Under the pieces are notes generated by a model, which searched no databases, was not told the DNA's origin, and worked only from the letters and a program-made list of their open reading frames with translations. From a virus: 64,000 bases of DNA. Shown piece after piece: positions 37,155 through 47,661 of the stretch. Within the stretch, counting starts at the first letter, position 1, and the number at the start of each line of letters is the position of its first letter. Made by a program: the position numbers and the translations under genes. The stretch covers positions 1 through 64,000 of IMG/VR virus record IMGVR_UViG_3300038393_000909. One strand, 5' to 3'.

Positions 37155-37631
37155 ATGCGACCCAAGACCTACCTCGCCGCCCTGGCTCTGGCCATGGTGG
37201 CTGGCACGGCACAGGCCCATGTGGTCAAGCACCGCCATCATCGTCACCATCACCACGCCTACAGGCACCAGGATACCGGAGCAATTCAGCAGCAGGTCAC
37301 CAGCGCAGCGCTCCGTCACGGTGTCCCCGTCGCCCTGGCGCACGGCATCGTCCGCGCTGAGAGCAACTACCGCTGCCACGTCAAGGCTTCAGACGGCCTC
37401 AGCCAAGGCATCATGCAGGTTCGGCCACAGACGGCCCGCAGCGTCGGGGTCTACGGCTCCATGAACGACTGCGCCAATAGCCTCGAGGCCGGCATGCGCT
37501 ACCTCAAGCAGGCGTTGATCAAGGCCGGTGGTAACTGGGGCTGGGCCGCCACAATGTACAATCGCGGAATCGCAGCCAAGGCTACGATGTCTAGCTACGC
37601 TGCCCGCGTCCTGCGCCTCGCCCATCAATAG
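37155..37631 (+). CDS. secreted SLT-family lytic transglycosylase
   Basis: Signal peptide, His-rich linker, AESNY, GIMQV, YNRG. Confidence 0.85.
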   Translation: MRPKTYLAALALAMVAGTAQAHVVKHRHHRHHHHAYRHQDTGAIQQQVTSAALRHGVPVALAHGIVRAESNYRCHVKASDGLSQGIMQVRPQTARSVGVYGSMNDCANSLEAGMRYLKQALIKAGGNWGWAATMYNRGIAAKATMSSYAARVLRLAHQ

Positions 37632-37703
37632 CTCCACCACTGGCTGGGAACAATTCGAACAGCCCTGCGATTTCCCGTTTGCATTCCTCGTCACGGCGGG
37701 CTA

Positions 37704-38282
37704 ATGCAAACGGGTCACCCAATACCGACGGAGGGATCTGTGGTTCCGAGCCAGGACCGCCGGAAGCCGCGCAAGCCGCCCATCGGCGCGCTCACGCAGG
37801 ACGCGAAGAACGCCATCATCCGCGATCGGATCGCCGGACGTCCCGCCCGCGACATCGCGAAGGACTGGTTGATCAGCCAGAACTACGTCTGGGTGCTGAC
37901 CCGGCACGTCGCTCACTTGGTGCCGAAGAAGATCCCGCGCGGTAAGAGGGCCGCCATCAAGGCCGCAGAGAAAGAGGAACAGGATCGCGCCATCCTCGCC
38001 AAGCTCCTGGCCGGTGTCCCGCGCAAGAAGGTCATGGCTGAGTTCGGCGTCTCGCGCATGAAGCTTGTCCGTGTGATGCGGCAGTACGGAGACGGTGTCG
38101 TGCTCGGCTATGAGAATCCTCTCGAGGAGGAGATCCTCAATGCCTACGACGCTTGCAAGAAGCCGCACCGCGTGGCGATCCAGGTCGGCGTCGATCCCAA
38201 GACCGTCTACCGCGTCATCTATCGGCGCAGGCGGCTCCAGAATGCGGCGAACAACAACGCGTTCCTGAGGGCGGCGGCATGA
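37704..38282 (+). CDS. multi-HTH DNA-binding protein
   Basis: Three HTH-like segments. Confidence 0.6.
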   Translation: MQTGHPIPTEGSVVPSQDRRKPRKPPIGALTQDAKNAIIRDRIAGRPARDIAKDWLISQNYVWVLTRHVAHLVPKKIPRGKRAAIKAAEKEEQDRAILAKLLAGVPRKKVMAEFGVSRMKLVRVMRQYGDGVVLGYENPLEEEILNAYDACKKPHRVAIQVGVDPKTVYRVIYRRRRLQNAANNNAFLRAAA

Positions 38283-38948
38283 GCACGGCTGCGATCCAGC
38301 GTCTGGAGATGCTGCGGAGGTTTAAGAGCCGTGAGTGGGAGGTGCTGGCGCAGCTGGGGCTGACGAAGCCGCAGGACTTCAGGATCGTCAACTGGCTGGT
38401 CGACAAGGGCTGGCTCGAGACACACCCGGTGAGGTTCCTGACCCACGCGCGCATCACCGACACCGGCTTCGATATCCTCGCCCAGGCCGGGGGCGATGTA
38501 ACTGGGTGGGGCTGAGCCGTGAAGCAGTCTGAGATCGAAGCCTACATGGAACAGAAGCGGCGCGACCGTGAGGACATTGAGGTCGCCAAGGGCGAGCGCA
38601 TCTTCGATGTCATCAAGGCGGCGCTGGTAGCCGAGTCTCAGCACTACGAGTGGGAGCGTCCGCCGCACTACCGCGAAGCGATGATCAAGCTTCGCGAGGT
38701 CTTCGAAGAAGTCGTGCGCGAGGTGCTCGTGGATGATCGCGTCATGACTCGTGTCGATTGGGATTAGTGACCAGCCATGGATAAGTACGACACCACCGAC
38801 ATCCTCCACCGCCTCAAGGCACAAGCCCGCACCGCCCAGGTCGAGGGCCGCTTCGTGCTCGCCAACACCCTGACCCTGGCGGTGGCCGAGATCGATCGCC
38901 TGCGCGCCGAGATCGAACGCCTGAAGCGGATCAGCGCTGAGGTGAGCC

Positions 38949-39302
38949 ATGTCTGCGGCCATGACGATTACTGACGATACCCCGCTGCGTCTGGCGGACG
39001 CGGTTGTAATTGCATTTCCCCATGGAGGCATGACTGAGGCCGGGCTGCGCAGGGAGGCCAAGCGCGGGCGCCTTGAAATCGAACGGATCGCCGGTAAGGA
39101 CTTCGTCACCCTTGCCGCGATCCGAGAGATGAGAACCCGATGCCACGTCCAGCGAAGGGCGCAAGACTCTGGCTCAGGCCCGAGCGCCTCGACGATCAGG
39201 GACGCGTGCGTGAGCGATCGACATGGATCATCCGGGATGGATCAAAGACGGTCAGCACGGGATGCGCTCCTGAAGCGCGTGCGGACGCTGAAAAGTGCCT
39301 GA
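38949..39302 (+). CDS. excisionase (Xis-like)
   Basis: PLRLADAV..AFPHGGMTEAGLRREAKRGRLEIERIAGKDF; overlaps the 5' end of the integrase. Confidence 0.75.
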   Translation: MSAAMTITDDTPLRLADAVVIAFPHGGMTEAGLRREAKRGRLEIERIAGKDFVTLAAIREMRTRCHVQRRAQDSGSGPSASTIRDACVSDRHGSSGMDQRRSARDALLKRVRTLKSA

Positions 39303-40441
39303 GCGCCTACATTGAGCAGAAGTACCGCCCGGCGCGCAGGCGGCGTGAGATCGAGGAGATCGGGATCGCTGACGTCCTGGCGATCTACCTCGAGGATACC
39401 CGCGAATCCCAGGCCAACAAGCGCGCCTTCGACGGGCGCATCGAGCGCCTCGCTGAATGGTGGGGCGAGAAGACGCTGTCCGAGGTCACGGGCGAGACGT
39501 GCCGGGCCTATGTCGAGCACCGCGCATCCGCCGAGCGACAAGCGGTCAGTGGCAAGCGCGGAGCCGTCGGGAGAAAGGGCACCAGCGGCGGAGCGCGCCG
39601 CGACCTTGAGGACCTGCGCGCGGCGATCAATCATCACCACGGACAAGGACTCCACCGCGAGGCCATCCGCGTGATCCTGCCCGAGAAGGGGGCGGCCCGC
39701 GATCGATGGCTGACCCGGTCCGAGGCCGCGCGCCTCGTCTGGTTCTGCTGGCGCTACCGCGATACCCAGACCTGGAACAAGGGCACGCGCGCCGGCAAGA
39801 GCGTCGTGACCAACAAGCGGTCGCTGCGCCATATCGCGCGCTTCATCCTGATCGGGCTCTATACCGGGACGCGGGCCGGGGCCATCGCTTCAGCCTCGCC
39901 CTATAAGAGCGCCGGTCACTCTTGGGTCGATCTCGAGAGCGGGCGGTTCTACCGGCTCGCCGAGGGCAAGAAGGCGACGAACAAGCGACAGCCGACCGCG
40001 CGCATCCCATCGCGCCTGCTCGCCCATCTCAGGCGATGGTCCAGAGCGACGCAGGGCAAGGACGGGCCGCCCGTCATGCGGACCCATTTCGTCGAATGGA
40101 GGGGCAAGCCGGTCGGGTCGGTGAAGGTCGCTTTCGGCCGGGCCGTGCGCGCGGTCGGCCTGGGCGATGACGTGTCGCCCCACACCCTGCGGCACACCGC
40201 CGCGACGTGGCTCATGCAGCGCGGCGTCGACAAATACGAGGCGGCCGGATTCCTCGGCATGTCGCTCAAGATGATCGACGAGGTCTACGGCCACCACCAT
40301 CCCGATTTCCAGGACAGCATCGACGCGGCGTTCGCGACCCGCAAGCCGGCGAATCAGGGTCCGCACCGCTTCGCCGGACGGCACGTTTCTGTTGGCATAA
40401 CTGTGGGCGTAGAGGGTGACGCCGCCAAGGATATGGTGTAA
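39140..40441 (+). CDS. int: tyrosine integrase
   Basis: YTGTRAGAI (R), KR, SPHTLRHTAATW, VYGHH (Y). Confidence 0.93.
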   Translation: MPRPAKGARLWLRPERLDDQGRVRERSTWIIRDGSKTVSTGCAPEARADAEKCLSAYIEQKYRPARRRREIEEIGIADVLAIYLEDTRESQANKRAFDGRIERLAEWWGEKTLSEVTGETCRAYVEHRASAERQAVSGKRGAVGRKGTSGGARRDLEDLRAAINHHHGQGLHREAIRVILPEKGAARDRWLTRSEAARLVWFCWRYRDTQTWNKGTRAGKSVVTNKRSLRHIARFILIGLYTGTRAGAIASASPYKSAGHSWVDLESGRFYRLAEGKKATNKRQPTARIPSRLLAHLRRWSRATQGKDGPPVMRTHFVEWRGKPVGSVKVAFGRAVRAVGLGDDVSPHTLRHTAATWLMQRGVDKYEAAGFLGMSLKMIDEVYGHHHPDFQDSIDAAFATRKPANQGPHRFAGRHVSVGITVGVEGDAAKDMV

Positions 40442-40620
40442 GTACTTGAGAATGTTGGTGGGCCCGGCAGGACTCGAACCTGCAACCAGACCGTTATGAG
40501 CGAGACGGTGATACGTTAAGTATTTGAAATCATTCGATCGATTGCGTGCAATCAATGCCGATTGGCGCGTTTTGTTCTCATTCTCAGCGATCGTTTCTGT
40601 GGGATAACTGTGGGCGTAGA
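40384..40620. other. attP: arm repeats - IHF-like box - tRNA core - IHF-like box - arm repeats
   Basis: CGTTTCTGT(TGGC/GGG)ATAACTGTGGGCGTAGA at 40384-40413 and 40592-40620; TAAGTACTTGAG at 40439 and TAAGTATTTGAAAT at 40517. Confidence 0.85.
40456..40502 (-). other. 3' half of a CAT-anticodon tRNA (tRNA-Ile2/Met-like) = attP core
   Basis: Reverse complement CGCTCATAACGGTCTGGTTGCAGGTTCGAGTCCTGCCGGGCCCACCA; no 5' half present. Confidence 0.85.
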
Positions 40621-41550
40621 ACGAATGGACACCGAAGAAAACGACACCCTCTACGCCGACGCGCTCCTCGGCCGCGACCCAAACTGGAACATGATCGACG
40701 AGCTTGAGAAGCGCGGGCTCGGTCGATGGACAGGCGGCTTCCATGACCGTTGGGACTGGAACCCTGGAGCGGTCAGGGCTCTGCCGGTCGATGAGCAGAA
40801 GGCCCTGTACGAGCGGATCAAGGAGGCATGGGGCCGATGACCGACACAATCCGTCAGACCGTGGAAGCCTTCATCGACGGCCTGCGTGACCGACATCCCC
40901 TCACCATCACCGACGACGTCGACATCGCCGTCACAGCGAACCTTGAAACGCAGGAGCTATTCGTGAAGCTGAGCGGCAAGACGCCGTATGGGAATGCGTA
41001 TCTAGCTAAGGTGCTGGAACGGATGGGAGAGTTGGAATGACCGCGGCAGGCAGACTGTTTACGATCGCAGCAGCAGCTGCATGGATCGGGTTATCCGTCT
41101 GGACGCTCTTGGCTCTCTACCGCGCGGAAGACACAGTGCAGCCACTGCCACCCGGTGCGACCCTGGTCGCCATCGTCGGGGTCATGTCCTGGGCTCTTGA
41201 GTGCGGCAATCGCCTGATCAAGGCCGTGCGAAGCCTGTGTTCTGGTCTACCGGAGATGCCAGCATGACCGACACGAGAGACCGCACCGCCCTGAAGCGCG
41301 AATCCGTCGACCAGATGCTCGCGGTTATCAGATCCGGCGGCCAACCGTTCCCTGGTTATCGGGTCGAGCTGCCGGCTGACTTCGACCTGGAGGAGGCCTA
41401 CCGCACGGGTGCAGTGGAGGTGATGGTCACATTGCCGCCTACGCTGGATCGATTCGAGTTCGACACAGGATGGCTGGAACCAAAGGGCGCTTGACGCCCA
41501 CCCTCCGTGCAGATATTAGCCAATTGGCTACGATCGAATCGGAGAAACCC

Positions 41551-41928
41551 GTGGAGCCGCCACCAATGCACGATGCCGCAGCAGACCGCGTCGTCAAGAT
41601 CATCGAGACATTCCGGTCCGTGGATCACCTCATGGGAACGGGATCGATCATGGTCTTCGTGGCGGTGGCCAGGGAGCCAGGGCTGACGGCCGATGACTAT
41701 ACCAAGCGGACCGGCTCCATCCGCCCAGTGATCTACAGGCTGCTGGCCGAGCTTGGCGGATCGACGCGCCGAGCGGATCAGGAAATCGGGCGCGGCTTGG
41801 TCGATGTGATCCCGCACCCAGAGGACAAGAGGCAGAACCTCTACCGTCTAACTCCACGTGGTGAGATCCTGTGGAGGAAGGTGCTGCAGGCTGCGAGCCT
41901 CGAAGAAGCCAGCCAGGAAGGAGCTTGA
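41551..41928 (+). CDS. MarR-like winged-helix protein
   Basis: GLVDVIPHPEDKRQNLYRLTPRG. Confidence 0.75.
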   Translation: MEPPPMHDAAADRVVKIIETFRSVDHLMGTGSIMVFVAVAREPGLTADDYTKRTGSIRPVIYRLLAELGGSTRRADQEIGRGLVDVIPHPEDKRQNLYRLTPRGEILWRKVLQAASLEEASQEGA

Positions 41929-41973
41929 CCGTATCCTCCCTGGCCCTACAGCCTAGCAGGCCCACCAGGGAGT

Positions 41974-42486
41974 TTGATGATGTCGTGGCAGAAGGTTCGC
42001 AACAGGCGCATGCTCATGCTGGCGCCGTTCCTTCTTGGCGTGGTCGTGATCGGCCAGCTCTATCCCGCAGACTGGAGCGAGGCGAACGCGCAGGGCGCTC
42101 AGCCTGCAGCCGCCAGTGGCACTCCAGACCTTGAGGCCGCAAGCAGGGATGCGAGGGTGGTATCCCCTGACGTCTTCACTGACAACTTCGAGCAGTATGC
42201 CGGCTCCTGGGTGCGCTTCCAGGACCACAGCCTGCACTGTGGCCAGACGCGGGACCGAACGAAGCAGTGCTTCAATACTGACGGGACAGCGGCCGTGCTC
42301 GTCTTCTTCGACAAGCTCGCGACTCTCGAGGCTAACGGCTGGACATCGCCGAAGGAGTTCGGTCAGTACGATCGCAGCCTCGCGTGCCCGAACCCTCTGT
42401 TCTATTTCTCAGGCGCGGTACCCACGACCAACCCGCACGCTGTCGGGGTCTCGGTCGAGACATTGTACTGCGCCTCTCCGCACTAA
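41974..42486 (+). CDS. membrane-anchored/periplasmic hypothetical protein
   Basis: N-terminal TM segment, Cys pairs. Confidence 0.55.
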   Translation: MMMSWQKVRNRRMLMLAPFLLGVVVIGQLYPADWSEANAQGAQPAAASGTPDLEAASRDARVVSPDVFTDNFEQYAGSWVRFQDHSLHCGQTRDRTKQCFNTDGTAAVLVFFDKLATLEANGWTSPKEFGQYDRSLACPNPLFYFSGAVPTTNPHAVGVSVETLYCASPH

Positions 42487-42489
42487 GTG

Positions 42490-42765
42490 TCAGTCCTCGA
42501 ATCCGAGGCGATCCAAATAGCCCTGGAGATCCTCGTAGCCACCGACGTGGTCGCCCTTGTGCCAGATCTGAGGAACCGTCTTGAAGCCGGCGTCGATGAG
42601 GCGCTGGCGCTCGTCGGGGTTCTGGCTCAAGTCGACATAGGCATGTCCAAGTCCGCGCTCGTCCAGGAGCCTCGTGGCCAGCACACAGAACTTGCAGCTC
42701 GGACGGCCGACCACCACGAAGGCATGGCCGCGCTCGCTGACGTAACGCAAGGGCTTGTCGGTCAT
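42490..42765 (-). CDS. glutaredoxin
   Basis: CKFC, TVPQIW, VGGYEDL. Confidence 0.9.
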   Translation of the reverse strand: MTDKPLRYVSERGHAFVVVGRPSCKFCVLATRLLDERGLGHAYVDLSQNPDERQRLIDAGFKTVPQIWHKGDHVGGYEDLQGYLDRLGFED

Positions 42766-43014
42766 ATCACTCTTCCATCGCCGCCGTGATCACAGCCGGC
42801 CAGCGTTCGATCATCTCGTTGTTCATCTCGGCAGCCATCGACCCGGTGATGTCGAACATCGCCTCGAGCGCACGCAGGGCGGCGTCGACAGACTTCTCAC
42901 GGCGCTGGCGCATCACGATCGCCTTGACCCGGTCGGTGGTGTTGATGGCGAAGTTCGTCCAGGCATCTGGATCGATCACCTCAGCGAGGTGACGGACCTT
43001 CTCGGGGATTCGCA

Positions 43015-43506
43015 TCATGTGGTCTTCGCCTTGGGGATGGTCTCGCTCCATTCCCGCTTGAGCGCCATGACCTTCTTCATGACCTCCTGGTATCCGTCGA
43101 TCTTGTAGCGATCGTCGATCAGTGATCCAAAGGCTTCGGCGTCGAGGAGGATGATGGCGCTCGCTGCGATGTGAGCGAGGTGAGGGATCTTGCTGTCGTC
43201 GGCGAGGTCGATGCCAGACTTGTACTCGTCGAGGTGCCTCTCCATTGCGGAGATGTACGTGTTTGTCGGGATAGGAACTGATCGCCAATTTACGGGCCCA
43301 TATTTCCAGGCCCCCTGCTCCAGCGCCGCAAGGATCCAGAGCTTGGCGATCGGCGACATCAGGTGCGGCTCAGGCTTCAGGCGCCCTGCCCCGGTCTTCG
43401 GGTTCTCGGCAGGCTTGGTGCTCAGCTCGAACCGCTGCTGCTGGATCGGTGGATCTTTTGGTCGATCTGCCCAGCACCCTATCGTCTCGAAGCCGTCCAT
43501 GAACAT
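43015..43506 (-). CDS. dATP/dGTP diphosphohydrolase-like (DUF5664-type) protein
   Basis: NPK..G..K, GAWKYGPVNWR, AMERHL, DSKIPHLAH. Confidence 0.75.
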   Translation of the reverse strand: MFMDGFETIGCWADRPKDPPIQQQRFELSTKPAENPKTGAGRLKPEPHLMSPIAKLWILAALEQGAWKYGPVNWRSVPIPTNTYISAMERHLDEYKSGIDLADDSKIPHLAHIAASAIILLDAEAFGSLIDDRYKIDGYQEVMKKVMALKREWSETIPKAKTT

Positions 43507-43577
43507 GCGAATTACCCTTGCCTTCTGGCTGGTTCTTCATTAGCAATAATGCAAACGGAGAGCAAGGCACAATTCGA

Positions 43578-43994
43578 ATGGACACCCTCAAGCGCCGAGT
43601 TCGTGACGCGGCATGGTGGCTCCGGTACCGGGTTCAGCCAGAGCATCGCTACCACGTCGTCGACACCGGTCTGAAGCCGGGGTTCCACGACATCGTCGAC
43701 GTCATGCTTCACGCCAACATGGCGCTGCTCGACCGGTACATCGGCGAGTGCGGCGGCGCGATGGATGTCCAGGACAAGATCGAGTCTCTGCGCAAGGAGG
43801 CCGACTACCTGGAGAGTGAAGGCTTCGACGATCAGGCGCTACTGATCTACCGTCAGGCTGACTGCATGGAGGACGCGCTCGCGATTCACCTGTGGTGGAA
43901 CCTGCAGCGTCCTATCGATGGACGTGCTGATCATAAGACTGACCAGAACATGCTGCACCGTCTGATCGATCTGCGCCTCACGCTCTGGACCTGA
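43578..43994 (+). CDS. hypothetical protein
   Basis: ORF track. Confidence 0.6.
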   Translation: MDTLKRRVRDAAWWLRYRVQPEHRYHVVDTGLKPGFHDIVDVMLHANMALLDRYIGECGGAMDVQDKIESLRKEADYLESEGFDDQALLIYRQADCMEDALAIHLWWNLQRPIDGRADHKTDQNMLHRLIDLRLTLWT

Positions 43995-44263
43995 TGTGAG
44001 TGAGGTCCACGACCTGGAGGCATTCTTCCGCGCCAAGCTCGCCGAGCTGACCGAGAAGGTATCGCCCGACGGGATGGCTGGGATGATCGCGAAGCTGCAA
44101 GCCGAGTACGTCAGGCAGTTTCATATGCGATGGGGGATCGCCATGGTACAACAGGGCGACGAGATCGTGCCAGCCAGTTATGCGGATGCTGAGAAGCTCG
44201 AGGCACTGCACGACACCGACGAGCGCGACTGGATGTTCGATCCGCGCACGCTCGGACGGTTCG

Positions 44264-44614
44264 TCAAGTGACTGGATTGCTCCACGCGCTGGTGACGACA
44301 GGGACGGTCCCGTCGTTCTGAATCGTGAACCGCCCATCCGACAGGGTGGCGCGCACGCTATAGGTGTAGCCACCATGTGTCGCGTTCGCAGCGACCTGCT
44401 GCTGCGGCGTGACCTGGAAGACATAGCGGTCACCCGTGAGCGTACCGTCCTCCGGTGTCGACAGGTCGAGGACGACCTGCCCGCCCTTCAACAGTCTAAG
44501 CGAAACCAACTGAACCGTGACGCCGGACACCGAGATGGGCACGCCATTCTCGTCGTTGACGACGCCACGGATTTCCCAAGTCTCTCCGATCCTCAGCCGT
44601 TCGTTCATCTTCAA
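44264..44614 (-). CDS. putative virion accessory (beta-sandwich-like) protein
   Basis: Late-operon position, beta-rich sequence. Confidence 0.5.
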   Translation of the reverse strand: MKMNERLRIGETWEIRGVVNDENGVPISVSGVTVQLVSLRLLKGGQVVLDLSTPEDGTLTGDRYVFQVTPQQQVAANATHGGYTYSVRATLSDGRFTIQNDGTVPVVTSAWSNPVT

Positions 44615-46869
44615 GCCTGTCTTCGTGATGGTGTAGGTCTCAGGCTGAGTACGTTCAGCTTACCGTCGAGGTCTGAGATGTTCATCGTGCCGCTCAGATC
44701 TGTGACGTGTAAGCGGCCGTCGAGTTTGGCCACCTTCAAGCGGCCGATCAGCTCAAGCATGGACATGCGCCCGTCGAGTTCGACCGCCGTCGCCGAGCCC
44801 GTCGCGGCATCCGGGAGGCGCCGGGTCGACGTGATCTGGGAGATGGCCGCGGACAGAACCTGGGCTGCCGAAGCCGTGTCTCCCGTGGAAGCGCTGCCCT
44901 CGGTGATCAGTGTCAGGACTTGGTGAGCATCCACATTGGCTGGCAGGAACTCACCCAGCGTGGCTGCAGTGTCCTGAGAGATCGCATCGAGGATCTGCGC
45001 GGCCGTGACGCTGATTCTTGCCCGGTCGACACCAGACGTGCCGCACGGTGACAGAACCGCGGTGACTGCCGCCGAGGCTGTGATCTTGATGCCACCGACT
45101 TGGACCGTCGACAGAGCGCCCTGCGTCGCGGCTGCGCTGGACGAGACGCTCGCCGAGCCGGCGGTCGTCGCCCTGCCCATGACCTGAGACGCGTAGGTGG
45201 ACGAGACCGCGGCTCCTGAGGCTGTGCCATCGGCAGCCTGTTGCGCCTCGAAAGCGGTAACACCGGCCACCGCCTTCAGAGTGCCGCCAGAGATGGCCTG
45301 CGCGGTGGTCTGGGCGGCTGAGACGGCGCTCGTCGGTACATCGCCAAGGCTGACGCTACCGGCCGTCACAGGCCCGCTGAGAGCCTGGGAGGTGGTGATC
45401 CTGTCCGGCGTCTTGGCCGAGGCCGCCTGCGTTGGTGCGCTGGTCGCCTGAGCGGCGTTCGCCCCTACCCCGCCAGCCAGGGATGCGGACTGACTGCCCG
45501 GGAGCGGCTGGTTCGCGCTCGCGCTGGAAGCGACACTGGCCGTAGCTGCTGACCCGGCGGCGCTTGTCTGCTGGGACGCGCTGACGTTGCGATCGAGGAC
45601 GGCGTTCCCGATGGCACCGGAAGTATGAACCTCGGGCATCGCCTGGGCTGCGCTGGTCTCGCTTGCGACGACCGAGAGGGTCGCAGCGTTCGCGATAGCG
45701 CCCGTCGTTCCAGCAGCCACACCCATGCCGACGACCGTTGCGGTACCGGCAGTGGCCGGAGCACTGAGGATCTGACCGGCGCTCGCCGTGGCCTGACCAC
45801 CAACCGCTGCGATCTGTCCGGGGCTCGACAGGGTCTGGCTGGACGTCTCGGTTTGGACAGCCGATGCCGTCGCGCTCTGACCGGGTGCGTTCGTGACCTG
45901 AGACGCGGATAGCTGCTCACTGGCGCTGGCGGTCGCGGTCTGCGCTGGACTCGACCCGATCTGTGTCGCGTCACCCTGCGCCACCACGGAGCCAGAAGCC
46001 GCGGACGATGCCGCGCTCGTTGTCTGCGATGCGCTCAGACCGGCCTGCGGGATCCCGGCGTTCTCCGCGGACGCAGTTTGCGTGACCGCGTTGGTCGACT
46101 GGGCCGCGTTGCCGGTGACCGAACCTGCAGCCGTTGCAGACTGAGAGGCCGCGCTCGCGCCCTGGTTCGCAGTCGCCGCCGGCCTGCAGGAAGCCGTCGC
46201 GCTGGTAATCGGGCTCCGGAGGATCTGAGTGGCCGACGTCTTCACGCCAACCGAGGTGGACGCGGCCTGGATCACCGCGCTCATCGTCTGCGCAGCGGAT
46301 TCGTTGGCCGGCTGCCCAGATGATCCGCTGGCCGCCGGGTCGAACGAGATCATCTGCAGCCACGTACCGCCATCGGTCGTTACCGTAGCGGTCGGGCCGT
46401 TAGAGAATATGCCGTACCCTTCCGTGTACCACTGACTCTCTTTTACGAAATTCGTGATACCGGATGTAAAGTTGACCGGCGAGTCGGCGTCCGACGAGGC
46501 AAAGACGATCCCGCCATCCGCGACAGCAATCGATCCCGATGTAACGTTGTCGGGACCATTACGAAAATAGACTGCGCGGTGACTTGTCTTGATGCCAGTG
46601 GCAACCCAGACGCCGTCGACTTCGATGCTGGAATCGCCTGTGATCGCTCCCGACGTTCCAGTTGGAATGTTCGCGTAGGCGATGAAGTAGCCGTTGTTGG
46701 CTGGATCCATCAGGACAGTCGGAACGACGCCAGCGATCTTGAGATTCTTCTCGTTCGCGCTGCAGATGCCTAGCACGACGACCATGCGGTCCGCAGATGG
46801 AGTACCCATCTGGAACGTGCCGTCGCCGTTCCAAGCGCTGTAGACGAGCGTGGCCGTCGGAAGAGGCAT
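44611..46869 (-). CDS. Ala/Ser/Thr/Gln-rich repetitive fibre-like protein
   Basis: About 25-aa quasi-repeats (SASQ...ATAS); globular N-terminus. Confidence 0.7.
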   Translation of the reverse strand: MPLPTATLVYSAWNGDGTFQMGTPSADRMVVVLGICSANEKNLKIAGVVPTVLMDPANNGYFIAYANIPTGTSGAITGDSSIEVDGVWVATGIKTSHRAVYFRNGPDNVTSGSIAVADGGIVFASSDADSPVNFTSGITNFVKESQWYTEGYGIFSNGPTATVTTDGGTWLQMISFDPAASGSSGQPANESAAQTMSAVIQAASTSVGVKTSATQILRSPITSATASCRPAATANQGASAASQSATAAGSVTGNAAQSTNAVTQTASAENAGIPQAGLSASQTTSAASSAASGSVVAQGDATQIGSSPAQTATASASEQLSASQVTNAPGQSATASAVQTETSSQTLSSPGQIAAVGGQATASAGQILSAPATAGTATVVGMGVAAGTTGAIANAATLSVVASETSAAQAMPEVHTSGAIGNAVLDRNVSASQQTSAAGSAATASVASSASANQPLPGSQSASLAGGVGANAAQATSAPTQAASAKTPDRITTSQALSGPVTAGSVSLGDVPTSAVSAAQTTAQAISGGTLKAVAGVTAFEAQQAADGTASGAAVSSTYASQVMGRATTAGSASVSSSAAATQGALSTVQVGGIKITASAAVTAVLSPCGTSGVDRARISVTAAQILDAISQDTAATLGEFLPANVDAHQVLTLITEGSASTGDTASAAQVLSAAISQITSTRRLPDAATGSATAVELDGRMSMLELIGRLKVAKLDGRLHVTDLSGTMNISDLDGKLNVLSLRPTPSRRQA

Positions 46870-46936
46870 CGCCGATCCTTAAGAGAAGGCCCCGGCGGCA
46901 CCGGGGTTATTGTTCGAAGGGCCGGGCGCCGCGATC

Positions 46937-47341
46937 TTACGGCTCAGTCTTTGTGAACGAGTTCAGGTTGACCGTCTGGTTCTGGGCGATGTTCGGGTTG
47001 TCGATGGTCATGTCGGGCGAGCCGGTGTTGCCGACCGTTCCCTGCTCGTGACAGGTCGTGCCGGACGAGTCGTAGACCCGGTAGAAGGTCGCAGTCGTGC
47101 CGGTACCGGCCGCAGCCGTACCCGTGCCGGACTTGGCGCCGCCGAGCATGTCCTTGGTGCCGTTCGAGGCAGCGGCCGGGGCGATGGTCACCTCGACGAG
47201 GAGGTTATTGCCCGACAGGGCGGTCGCGGCGTTGGTCGGCATCGTGCCGGAGTAGAGACGGAGCTTGGGCGAGGCACCCCAGGTCGTGGAGATGGCGTCG
47301 AGACGTGCGTTCTTGACGGCGGTCGTGGTCGTAACAGACAT
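46937..47341 (-). CDS. putative virion structural protein
   Basis: KNARLDAI..LRLYSGT.P..A; Thr/Gly-rich. Confidence 0.65.
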   Translation of the reverse strand: MSVTTTTAVKNARLDAISTTWGASPKLRLYSGTMPTNAATALSGNNLLVEVTIAPAAASNGTKDMLGGAKSGTGTAAAGTGTTATFYRVYDSSGTTCHEQGTVGNTGSPDMTIDNPNIAQNQTVNLNSFTKTEP

Positions 47342-47661
47342 GGTTCTCTCTGTTGATCAACGAGACGAACACCAGCCATTCCAGCCAGTGTTGGTGAAGG
47401 GGTCTGTGTCCCGCGTCAGATGTCGCGGCCAGCGTGCTCCATATCCACGCACTTGAACCGGTGGTCAGGCGAGATGAAGCGGAAGGGATTCTTGCGCACG
47501 TAGTCGGCCATGAGTTGCTGAGCACCGATGGCGCAGCCGACAGGTAACCGAGCGGCATCGTCCATGCTGATGTTCTGCTTGGAACAGTCGGCAGGCGACA
47601 GCAGCAGGCACGAGACGAACACGAGGATCATGGCGGGCTCCGTTCGAATTAATGCAAACGA

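Noticed and set aside
40456-40502. Functional tRNA gene
   Set aside because: Only the 3' half is present; it is the attP core.
43015-43506. Z-base (2-aminoadenine) genome pathway
   Set aside because: Only a dNTP diphosphohydrolase-like gene is present; no purZ or dedicated polymerase is in the window.
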